Below the pieces are notes generated by a model that searched no databases, was not told where the DNA came from, and saw only the letters and a list, made by a program, of their open reading frames with translations. From positions 121,779-185,778 of the forward strand of contig CAZNUN010000004.1 of assembly GCA_964576275.1 (NCBI GenBank): 64,000 nt of DNA, read 5' to 3'. The position numbers were made by a program, and so were the translations under genes. Below, one piece after another: positions 39,050-47,873 of the stretch. The DNA is from an uncultured bacterium (GTDB lineage Bacteria > Fidelibacterota > UBA2242). The first letter of the stretch is position 1, and every line of letters starts with the position of its first letter.

Positions 39050-39129
39050 GTCATTCCAAGGTCATTCGGTATCTGAACATAGCGAAGTATTTATGGATCG
39101 GGTTCATGCGTCACTCGTTACCGGTCACT
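39050..39129. repeat. short GTCATTC/GTCAC repeat cluster related to the 29.4-kb array
   Basis: GTCATTCCAAG and GTCATTCGGTA in tandem (39050-39071, 11-bp phase), then GTCACTC (39110) and GTCACTG (39124). The exact 11-mer GTCATTCGGTA is shared with 29470-29480. Confidence 0.5.
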
Positions 39130-39150
39130 GAGGGAGCGCCGCGAAATCCG

Positions 39151-40236
39151 TCACTGTCGGATTTTGTAGAGTAGGTAAGCGCCGGCGATCAGGAAGAGAA
39201 GATTGCCAAGCCAGACTGAAATCAGCGGACTGAGAATCCCTTTGTAACCTAATACCTGGCCGAATTTAATAAAACCGTAGTAGATGAAAATCACGAGCAA
39301 ACTCATTCCGGCGCCAAAGGCAATCCCTTTACGCGGTTTGACGGCTGCCAGAGGAATACCAAATAAAATGACGATAAAATTGGTGAAAGGAAAGGCCAAT
39401 TTAAAATGCCTGTTTACTTCCCATTTGCGGGTCTCGTTGCCGCTTTCGCGCAGCCGCCGGATGAAATAAGCGAGTTCCCGGTAAGTCATAGTTTCGGGAT
39501 CCAGATCGGTTTTTATGATGTCTTCCGGATGTAAATTCAACACGATCAGGGTATCGCGACCGGTCGGATGAACGTTTTCGGTTCCGGATTCGTTGAATGT
39601 CCGGATTTTGTAGTCGGAAAGCCGCCAGGCCGAACTATCTGCTACCCAGACCATTTTCCGGGCGTCAATCCGGCACTGTAATTTTTGGTGTTCGTTATAC
39701 TGAATGGTGACCGAATTGGCGGTATAGTTACGGGTCGTGAAGACAGAGATGACGATGTTGCAGGTCGGCGAATCTTGGAACATTACATTGGTGAAGACCG
39801 TTTTTTCGGCATATTTGCGCCGGTGCATGTTGTTGAATTCGATCTCGATGCGTTGCCGGGTGGCCGGAATGACGACGTAATCGTCAAAGAAATAGGCACC
39901 GATACTAAGTAGAATCCCGGTCAGCAGAAGCGGGATCGAAACCCGGTACAGACTTATTCCGGAAGATTTAATGGCCGCCAATTCATTGTGTTTGGCCAGC
40001 AGACCGATGGTAAAAACTGCTGCCAGGAGAAGGGACTCCGGGAGCGCGACATTGAGGTAATACGGCAGTTGATAAAGGTAAAAACGGGCGATCAGGCTGA
40101 CCGACATCTGATTCTTGAGAAATTTATCGAGTTTCTCGATCAGATCGACGATATTGAAAATGACTAAGAAAGCCAGTAGCGACAGGATGAAAATTGACAG
40201 AAATTTCTTCAGGACGTAGCGGTCGATTAACTTCAC
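39151..40236 (-). CDS. LptF/LptG-family (YjgP/YjgQ) LPS export permease
   Basis: MKLIDRYVLKKFL N-terminus, six predicted TM segments and a central periplasmic beta-jellyroll region. Confidence 0.85.
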   Translation of the reverse strand: MKLIDRYVLKKFLSIFILSLLAFLVIFNIVDLIEKLDKFLKNQMSVSLIARFYLYQLPYYLNVALPESLLLAAVFTIGLLAKHNELAAIKSSGISLYRVSIPLLLTGILLSIGAYFFDDYVVIPATRQRIEIEFNNMHRRKYAEKTVFTNVMFQDSPTCNIVISVFTTRNYTANSVTIQYNEHQKLQCRIDARKMVWVADSSAWRLSDYKIRTFNESGTENVHPTGRDTLIVLNLHPEDIIKTDLDPETMTYRELAYFIRRLRESGNETRKWEVNRHFKLAFPFTNFIVILFGIPLAAVKPRKGIAFGAGMSLLVIFIYYGFIKFGQVLGYKGILSPLISVWLGNLLFLIAGAYLLYKIRQ

Positions 40237-40366
40237 AGAAAACTCCGGCAGAAATTATCACCGGACGGCTGGTTTATCAAAGTTTTTCTTTTTGTCTGAA
40301 GGATAAATATCTTAGATTCGCCCGTCAAAGCCCTATCGGATTGAATTTTGAAGGATTGGAGTACTG

Positions 40367-41773
40367 ATGAAACCGAATTCATCCCATCGCATGACATTGG
40401 GATTAGCCTTGATTCCAATTGCCTGGCTGATCGTCAGTCTGGTTGCCACTCTGCGCTTTTTTAACGGCGATCCGCATCTCCCGATCCTTTCCGCGGCGGT
40501 GATCGGGGCATTTGTGGCGGCCGTGAATGGTCAGAGGTGGGAAACGATCGAGCAGGGAATCATCAGGACGATCAGCATGTCGATGAACGCCATTCTGATC
40601 CTGCTGGTGGTCGGTATGATCATCGGCACCTGGATTTTGGCGGGTATTGTGCCGACAATGATTTACTATGGGTTGAAATTAATCTCGCCGGGCTTTTTTT
40701 TGGTAGCGGCGACTCTGATCTGCGCGATCGTTTCGCTGGCAACCGGCAGTTCCTGGACGACGGCCGGAACGGTGGGCATCGCCCTGATTGGGGTTGGACA
40801 GGGATTCAATATTCCATTGCCGATGGCGGCCGGGGCGATCATCTCCGGCGCTTACTTTGGCGATAAAATGTCGCCGCTTTCCGATACGACCAATCTGGCG
40901 CCGAGCATGGCAGGCGCGAAACTTTTCGATCATGTTCGTCACATGACTTATACCACCGGGCCAAGTTTGGTGATCGCCCTGGTGATCTATGCGATGATCG
41001 GTCGTAGATATGCCGTCAGCGATTTCGATCTGGGGGGCGTTCAGGTCATTATGGATAATCTGACCTTGCAATTTCGGATTAATCCGCTCCTGTTGTTGCC
41101 GCCGCTGCTGGTCATTGTTATGGTCGTTTTACGAACTCCGGCGATTCCGGGCTTAATCGGTGGCGCTTTTTTAGGCGGACTTTTCGCTTGGCTTTTTCAG
41201 GGCGCCGGGATGACGGCGATCATTAAATCGGCGCATTACGGTTATTTCTCTGAGACCGGTTTGAAAGCGGTCGACGATCTGCTGACGCGCGGCGGATTGG
41301 ACAGCATGATGTGGACGGTTTCGTTGATTCTGTGCGCTTTGAGCCTTGCCGGGGTTCTGGAAGGTACCGGTATGCTGAATGTCATTTCAGTCGCCATAAC
41401 CAAACTGGCGCGTAGCACCGGTTCACTGATTTTCGCAACGCTTTGCACTTGTGTGGGAGTGAATTTTATTGCCGGCGATCAGTATTTATCAATTGTTATT
41501 CCCGGCCGGATTTTCAAGGATTTGTATGCTGAACGCGGCCTCCATCCGAAAAATCTTTCGCGGGCTTTAGAAGACGCCGGCACGCTGACCTCTCCTTTAG
41601 TGCCGTGGAATACCTGCGGCGCGTTCATGTTCACGACCCTGGGGATCAGTCCGTTGGTCTATGCGCCGTATGCCTTTCTGAATCTGATCAATCCGGTCAT
41701 TTCAGCTATTTACGGTTATACCGGCCTGACGATCGCGAAGATCGCTTCTGGCGAATCCGCGCACGATAATTAA
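40367..41773 (+). CDS. nhaC: Na+/H+ antiporter, NhaC family
   Basis: About 12 TM helices. GSSWTTAGTVGIALIG, YFGDKMSPLSDTTNLA and LVPWNTCGAFM are characteristic of NhaC. Confidence 0.85.
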   Translation: MKPNSSHRMTLGLALIPIAWLIVSLVATLRFFNGDPHLPILSAAVIGAFVAAVNGQRWETIEQGIIRTISMSMNAILILLVVGMIIGTWILAGIVPTMIYYGLKLISPGFFLVAATLICAIVSLATGSSWTTAGTVGIALIGVGQGFNIPLPMAAGAIISGAYFGDKMSPLSDTTNLAPSMAGAKLFDHVRHMTYTTGPSLVIALVIYAMIGRRYAVSDFDLGGVQVIMDNLTLQFRINPLLLLPPLLVIVMVVLRTPAIPGLIGGAFLGGLFAWLFQGAGMTAIIKSAHYGYFSETGLKAVDDLLTRGGLDSMMWTVSLILCALSLAGVLEGTGMLNVISVAITKLARSTGSLIFATLCTCVGVNFIAGDQYLSIVIPGRIFKDLYAERGLHPKNLSRALEDAGTLTSPLVPWNTCGAFMFTTLGISPLVYAPYAFLNLINPVISAIYGYTGLTIAKIASGESAHDN

Positions 41774-42115
41774 TTATTGGTTCACATATCCGGCGACTTT
41801 CTTCATCTTGCGCTCGATGCAGATGTTGATCGCCCGGACATAGCCGCCCTCACGGAAAGCGTCACGTAAAAACGCAATCAGATCGTCAAGAGTCGTAAAA
41901 CCGGCCGGGTCGGTTTGTTCAAGGATGCGATTGAAGGATTGCACTCCCAGTAATTCGTGCCGGAAAAGGGCTTGATTTTCCAAGAAAACATAATCGGTAA
42001 TGGTGCCAGCTTCTTTTTTACGCTGATTTTCGGCGAGGAGCAGTTCGATATCGGCCGCTAGGTCTTCGATCTCGACTTTCAGAATCATAAGGAAATTTTT
42101 GATGATATTGCGCAT
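41774..42115 (-). CDS. hypothetical protein (113 aa, helical)
   Basis: Clean ORF with a GGAGGA RBS. No recognisable motif. Its stop codon abuts the nhaC stop codon. Confidence 0.45.
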   Translation of the reverse strand: MRNIIKNFLMILKVEIEDLAADIELLLAENQRKKEAGTITDYVFLENQALFRHELLGVQSFNRILEQTDPAGFTTLDDLIAFLRDAFREGGYVRAINICIERKMKKVAGYVNQ

Positions 42116-42212
42116 AAATCCTCCGGCTTTGAAAAAACTCTCTGATGGAATTTATATTCCGGCGCGCTAATTGTAAACCGATATTTGTTTTTCGGTGCTG
42201 AAATCAGGAGGT

Positions 42213-43637
42213 TCAGAGAGCCAGCTTCAGGGCTAAGGGGCGATGATCGGAAACGGTCACGGCGTAAGTATTCCAGCCGCCGCTGATGAAATTTTCTATC
42301 AGGAGTGGAGTGATCGCTGAGCCGCTGTTGGCGAAAGCTGGGAACAACTCGTCGGTAATCAGAATGTGATCGATATGGCTGGGATAGGTGGGATATGACC
42401 AGAAATAAGCGTCGCCGGTGGCGATCCTGTAATCCGTAAATTTATATTTGTCGGTTTGACTGAGGAACGGCCAGAAAACATTTACGGATTGGACATCGGT
42501 CAGCTCGTCGTTGAGATCGCCAAGCACAATGACTTTTACGTCCGGAAGATTGGTACGGATGTATTCCTCCAGCTGGGTGCTGGCGCTCAGGCGGCGGCTC
42601 TCATTCTCTTCACCGCTGGAAGCCTTATAATGATTATTAATTACATATATCGTATCGGAATTATAAATCAACTCGGCTACAAGCGGCGGACGGGGAAATG
42701 CCCTCCAGTCGTTGTCCAGAATCTCATAGATCCGGTTGACTGAGATCGTTGCTGGATTGTAAACAAAGCCAAGGTTGATGTCATAAGCGGCGCTGTTGGC
42801 GCGGAAGCCCTGCCAGGTGCCAAGCGAGTCAAGTAAGTCTTCAAAACCGGCCCGACTGACCATTTCCTGCAATCCGACGATATCAGGGTTTAGGGCTTTC
42901 AGCGCCTGGCTCACCACGCTAATCGTGCTGCCATTCATGCGCGGAAAATCCTCAAGGTTCCAAGTCATGACATCGAAAGTTTCCGGCGTTCCGAAAAACA
43001 GACTGGCAAGCGTGAGTGTGCCGGAAGCTGTATGACTGGAAGAAACACCGGAATAGGCCGCGACGCGGTAAGCCACCGAGCTGGTGGTTGGCGGATCGCT
43101 GTCGATAAATTCGGTTCCGTTGGCGGCACATTCGGCGTATCCGTTTGTCCAGGAGCCCTGGTTGATCTGACGGTCGATACGAAAGCCGCTTTCGCCGATC
43201 GAGTGATCCTTCCAGGTGATGCGTAACCCGGAATCGGCTGTTTGCCTGATGAAAACATCGGTCGGATCGCTATTTCCCGGGAAATAGGCACTCGTCGCGG
43301 AAACCTCCGAAGTATCCTTATTTCGGAGCGCGCGCAGACGGTAAGCGAAAACTGTGTCAGAATTGGCAGTCAACAGCGTATCCACGTACGCAAAATGGCG
43401 GGCGGAAGCGACGGCAAAATCATTCTGCCAAGAATTTTCGCCGGCCTTGCGGGCGATCAGCATCAGATCGTGTTCCCGGAAAGATCCGTCCCAACTGACC
43501 GTCAGATTACCATCCTCGAGAACCTGCAATTGAATATTGGTCGGTGCCTCTGGGGTATCCGAACCGGTGGGAACCGAGCAGCTCAGGAAGATTGCGATGA
43601 CCGGGATTAAGGGAAATAATAGCCGTTGGAATGTCAT
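42213..43637 (-). CDS. endonuclease/exonuclease/phosphatase (EEP) family lipoprotein with N-terminal FN3-like repeats
   Basis: Lipobox IAIFLSCS. Two FN3-like segments (NLTVSWDG..., GLRITWKD...). EEP motifs DVMTWNLEDFP, GLQEM and VSDHRPL. The ATG at 43637 forms an ATGA overlap with the upstream stop codon. Confidence 0.75.
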   Translation of the reverse strand: MTFQRLLFPLIPVIAIFLSCSVPTGSDTPEAPTNIQLQVLEDGNLTVSWDGSFREHDLMLIARKAGENSWQNDFAVASARHFAYVDTLLTANSDTVFAYRLRALRNKDTSEVSATSAYFPGNSDPTDVFIRQTADSGLRITWKDHSIGESGFRIDRQINQGSWTNGYAECAANGTEFIDSDPPTTSSVAYRVAAYSGVSSSHTASGTLTLASLFFGTPETFDVMTWNLEDFPRMNGSTISVVSQALKALNPDIVGLQEMVSRAGFEDLLDSLGTWQGFRANSAAYDINLGFVYNPATISVNRIYEILDNDWRAFPRPPLVAELIYNSDTIYVINNHYKASSGEENESRRLSASTQLEEYIRTNLPDVKVIVLGDLNDELTDVQSVNVFWPFLSQTDKYKFTDYRIATGDAYFWSYPTYPSHIDHILITDELFPAFANSGSAITPLLIENFISGGWNTYAVTVSDHRPLALKLAL

Positions 43638-44590
43638 TGAACACCTGGCGGCCATAATTTATAGAGATATCCGCCGTAAAGCAGCAGCAGGATTAAACCC
43701 TCGAGACGGTTGATGCGTCGTCCGGTAATAATGATCGGGAGAATCACGAGCGACACAATGACCATCACAATAATGTCGAAGGATTTAATCCCGATGCCAT
43801 CGATCGGAGCAATCAGTCCGGCGATTCCCAGAATACAAAAAACATTAAAAATATTCGAGCCGATAATATTCCCGATTGCGATTTCGGATTGCTTCTTGAT
43901 TGCCGCGACGACGGAAGTTGCCAGTTCCGGCAGGCTTGTTCCGAGGGCGACTATCGTCAAACCGATGACGGCCTCTGAAATGTTCAGACGGGTTGCCAGA
44001 TCAATTGCGCCGCGTACAAAGGTCCGCGAACCGACTACCAGCAGAGTAATACCGCTTACGATATAAGTGATTTCGAAGAACATATTACGGGCGCGCTGTG
44101 GAATGGATTCTTCTATAACATGTTCGATTTCGTCCAGGATATGTTTTCTGGCAAGAATGTAGTTACCGATCGTGTAGGCGACGATTCCCAGAAAGAGGAT
44201 TCCGGCTTCGATCTGGCTGATGCGGAAATCGCGGAAGAAAATGACAAATATTACGGTTGCACTGATCATTATGGGGGTATCGATCCGGATCAGCTGTCGT
44301 TTAACCGGCATCGGGCTGATGAGAGCTGCCAGACCGAGTATTACCGCAATATTGAAGATATTCGAGCCGACGACATTGCCAATGGCAATGGAGCCCTGAT
44401 GCGCCAGGTTAGTCTTGACGCTGACGACTAATTCCGGAGAACTGGTGCCGAATGCGACGATCGTCAGCCCGATAATCAGCGGCGGGACTCCCAGTCGGGC
44501 AGCTAAGGAAGAGGCTCCTTTAATGAGCCCCTCGGCTCCCAGATAGAGCAATAGAATTCCGAGAGTCAGGAGACCAATTATCAGCAGCAT
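43634..44590 (-). CDS. Ca2+/cation antiporter (CaCA, YrbG-like)
   Basis: Two alpha-repeats, GTSSPELVVS...GNVVGSNIFNI and GTSLPELATS...GNIIGSNIFNV. Confidence 0.9.
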   Translation of the reverse strand: MLLIIGLLTLGILLLYLGAEGLIKGASSLAARLGVPPLIIGLTIVAFGTSSPELVVSVKTNLAHQGSIAIGNVVGSNIFNIAVILGLAALISPMPVKRQLIRIDTPIMISATVIFVIFFRDFRISQIEAGILFLGIVAYTIGNYILARKHILDEIEHVIEESIPQRARNMFFEITYIVSGITLLVVGSRTFVRGAIDLATRLNISEAVIGLTIVALGTSLPELATSVVAAIKKQSEIAIGNIIGSNIFNVFCILGIAGLIAPIDGIGIKSFDIIVMVIVSLVILPIIITGRRINRLEGLILLLLYGGYLYKLWPPGVQ

Positions 44591-44696
44591 GAATTCGCCC
44601 TGGTTGTCATTGGAGAATCAGGTTCAATTTTCTTGCGATTTCCTACGAACGGAGTTGTCTGGAAACGACCGAGCCTTGTGAATTGAATCATTTAGA

Positions 44697-47084
44697 TTAC
44701 AGGTTTTCGGTGCTCTTACGCAGTTCCATTGAATGCTGATAAAATTCCTTGGGTGTCAGTTCTTTAATAAACACCAGCCCATGCGCCGCCCGCAGGCGGG
44801 GATGATCATGCTTAATGAAGAAATCCCGGCCGAGACAGGTTTTGATTTTCAGATACTGATCGACCTGAATTTTACGCGCCAGGCGGCAGAACGGGCCGTC
44901 GAATTCCCAGCTGGGGAAACTGGCGGATTTCTGCGAACCAAAACTTTCCATGAAAGCGTTTTCCATGATGGCCATGGAATTCAGACTGACGGGAATGTAG
45001 ATATTGGCGCTGGCCGGGTGAAAGCGGAACCAGACATTCCGGTAACCCCAGATGCGCAGATTACTGATGTCATGGTCTTTTTCGTAGAGTTTGAGGGCTT
45101 CGGTGATTGATTGCAGCACTTTGTAATGCGTGTCCGGGCCGCTGCCTTCCGGATCGAGCGCTACCGTTATGATGGTTGGCTTGATCTTTTCCATAGTCCG
45201 GTAGACTGGCAGGACATCCCGATTGAAAGTCGGCTCCTCGGAGAATATATCGCCTTTGTAAAAACCGAGCCGCAGATGCAGAACATTTTGGCTGTTGAAT
45301 CCAAAATAACCCCAGAGCACGTCGGCTTCCCATTCGCGGATCATGCCTTTAAGTTTCTGGACATGTGCGATATCCTTTTTCCCGGGATATTGAGTCGTGA
45401 AATAATTGATCAGTTCGTTGATCCGGTCCTTTAAATAGATGATGTTACTCTCTTCGTAGATTTCGGTCAGGATCGAGAGCAGGCGGCGTGATTCGGCTTC
45501 ATTCTTGCGTTTGATATCGTAATTCGCTACGCCGTCGAGATAAAGATTGACATCGCGGTTCCGCGCGGCGACATTGGCCGGATCGAAATAATTGTCTTCC
45601 ATCAGGGTTGAAAAGCGTGCACTGTCGACAATCTCGTTCAAATTTTGCATGCGTTCCAAAACGTATGAATTGGTGACGGCGTTGAAACCGCTGGTCAGGT
45701 AGGTGAAATAATGTTTATTGTTAGGATTGCGGACGAGATGGACGATATAGGGCAGATAACCGAGCATTTCATCATCGTGATGCGGGGAAGTGTGCATGAA
45801 GACTTCGTTATCCAGGTTTACCATGCCGCGTTCGATACGGTCGATGATCGTCTGGCGCAGACTGGCGCTGATATCGCTATGGGAGCGCTTGGTGCGCTGC
45901 ATGATAAGTTTGGTAAAACGATCCGAGTTGTAATCTTCGATGGTCAGATCTTCGAGTTTTTTATTTTGGGCCAAAGCCAGATTGAAGACGGATTTTTCGA
46001 TGGTTTTTGCGTCAAGTTCAGGCGCTTTCTGGACATTTTCATACCATCTTTCAATTAATTTGATCGCCGCGCCTTCCGTCAGATAAAACCGGGCGTTGGG
46101 CAGTTTTTGCAGAACGGTGGCCGGATACTGAATCGTCGGCGGATTCTGGATTGAATCCCGGACGATATTGGATTTAGCCTGGCCGGCGGCAATGATGATG
46201 GCGGTGGTGTCCGGATTGAACGTGATCGTATCCAGACCGATAGTGATCACCAACCGTTTGCGGGCGACTTCAATGCCGCCCAGGTCGCCGGCGGCGGCTG
46301 CCTGGGTCTCGTAGTTAGTTTCGATCAGACGGGTCGTGGAGAAATGATCGCTGCCCCGGATATTAAAACCGATATGACCGTCCGGTCCGATGCCACCCAG
46401 GAAGAATCCAATGCCGCCCAGGGCGCGGATTTTGCGTTCGTAGTCTACGCAGAACTGGTCGGTACGGGCAATGGTTTCCTTTTGCAGCTCTTCGAGGGGA
46501 GTCTTGGCCCAGCGCACCCGCAGGGAAAGATCGACTTTCTCGTCGCCAAATATTTTTTCGATACTGAAATTATTAGCCGTTCCGATTTCATAAAGGTTGA
46601 TCAGAAGGGCTTTCTTGGGATCGAGGCCAAAATTTTTGAGATAGTATTTTTGAATGTAATAGTAAAAGCTGTTCTGCTGATTGGGATCGATCGGATAAAA
46701 TTCGTCAATCTGAACGAAGTGCAGGCGGGACATATCGGGCTTGCGCGCCGGATCGATGCCAACCTCTTCGAGTTCCTTAACGGCTGCCGGTGTATGCCAA
46801 TTAGCCAGATAATGCTTGACCCACGTAATAAAATGCTCCGGAGTCTTGCCGGTGGGCAGTGAAATGACTCCATCGGGATTAGCCTGTACCCATTCCAGAA
46901 AGCGAAAGGCGGCCAGTTTACCGAGCATGGGAAAATTTGCCACCTGGATGATTGGAATTTTTTCAGTCGGCGGATAGATGATTTTTTTACCGGATAATTC
47001 AAGGTAATATTTCTCGACATTTGAAGCCGGAAGTTGTCGGTTAAGACTGTTTTTACCTGAAATTTTGGCTTTTTGAGTGGACAT
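44697..47084 (-). CDS. fusion protein: glucosamine-6-phosphate deaminase/6-phosphogluconolactonase-like (NagB fold) N-domain plus PIG-L/LmbE-like deacetylase C-region
   Basis: N-terminal VISLPTGKTPE...GGIGPDGHIGFN (NagB/Pgl family). Around residue 435, HTSPHHDDEMLGYLPYI (PIG-L AHPDDE-type motif). 795 aa. Confidence 0.65.
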   Translation of the reverse strand: MSTQKAKISGKNSLNRQLPASNVEKYYLELSGKKIIYPPTEKIPIIQVANFPMLGKLAAFRFLEWVQANPDGVISLPTGKTPEHFITWVKHYLANWHTPAAVKELEEVGIDPARKPDMSRLHFVQIDEFYPIDPNQQNSFYYYIQKYYLKNFGLDPKKALLINLYEIGTANNFSIEKIFGDEKVDLSLRVRWAKTPLEELQKETIARTDQFCVDYERKIRALGGIGFFLGGIGPDGHIGFNIRGSDHFSTTRLIETNYETQAAAAGDLGGIEVARKRLVITIGLDTITFNPDTTAIIIAAGQAKSNIVRDSIQNPPTIQYPATVLQKLPNARFYLTEGAAIKLIERWYENVQKAPELDAKTIEKSVFNLALAQNKKLEDLTIEDYNSDRFTKLIMQRTKRSHSDISASLRQTIIDRIERGMVNLDNEVFMHTSPHHDDEMLGYLPYIVHLVRNPNNKHYFTYLTSGFNAVTNSYVLERMQNLNEIVDSARFSTLMEDNYFDPANVAARNRDVNLYLDGVANYDIKRKNEAESRRLLSILTEIYEESNIIYLKDRINELINYFTTQYPGKKDIAHVQKLKGMIREWEADVLWGYFGFNSQNVLHLRLGFYKGDIFSEEPTFNRDVLPVYRTMEKIKPTIITVALDPEGSGPDTHYKVLQSITEALKLYEKDHDISNLRIWGYRNVWFRFHPASANIYIPVSLNSMAIMENAFMESFGSQKSASFPSWEFDGPFCRLARKIQVDQYLKIKTCLGRDFFIKHDHPRLRAAHGLVFIKELTPKEFYQHSMELRKSTENL

Positions 47085-47325
47085 TTTAAAGATCCTTTTT
47101 ATGTATTTAATACTGATATTCGCAATTTCAACCGGGAAATTTACCCTATTTTTTCGGCTTTGCCAACGATAACCCGTAAAATCTTATACCCAGGAAAAAG
47201 CGAAGCGCTGGGACGTATTCAGGGATACAGAAAGAACGCGGGAGGATATAAAGTTTGTTTATTCAATTAAAAAAACCGTAAATTCGCCCGTTGTTATTTG
47301 TTATGGTTAAGGATCGATTGATACG

Positions 47326-47787
47326 ATGAGAGAAAGACGAGCCGCGCGCGAATTAGCCCTGCAGGCTTTGTACGCAGAAGAGCTGACCGAATATCCTTTA
47401 GCTCAAGTCATTGACGATGTGATTGGTAATTCTGATCTGGCCCAGGAACTGAAAGATTTTGCCAGAGATTTATTCATGGCGGCAGCCCTGCACCGGGACG
47501 AGTTGGATAAGTTCATCCAGGACAAGTCCGAAAACTGGGATTTTGAACGTATCGCGGTTCTCGATCGTCTGATAATTCGCATGGCGATCTGTGAGTTCAA
47601 GTATTTTAACGATATTCCCCCCAAAGTTTCGATCTCGGAAGCCATCGAGATCGCCAAACGTTATTCTACCGATGACAGCAGCGCTTTTGTAAATGGCATT
47701 TTAGACGCCGTGCTGCATCAGATCGGCGAAACTCTCATCCATAAAACCAAACGGATTGAAGCTAATCCGGAAACAGACAATGAATAA
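47326..47787 (+). CDS. nusB: transcription antitermination factor NusB
   Basis: RRAARELALQALY and ISEAIEIAKRYSTDDSSAFVNGILD. Confidence 0.9.
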   Translation: MRERRAARELALQALYAEELTEYPLAQVIDDVIGNSDLAQELKDFARDLFMAAALHRDELDKFIQDKSENWDFERIAVLDRLIIRMAICEFKYFNDIPPKVSISEAIEIAKRYSTDDSSAFVNGILDAVLHQIGETLIHKTKRIEANPETDNE

Positions 47788-47873
47788 TCCCGGTCCCGCC
47801 GGAACAATTGGATATATTCTGATATAACTGATTGATTATGTCTGCAACATTGAGTCAATTTCGATAGGATCAA

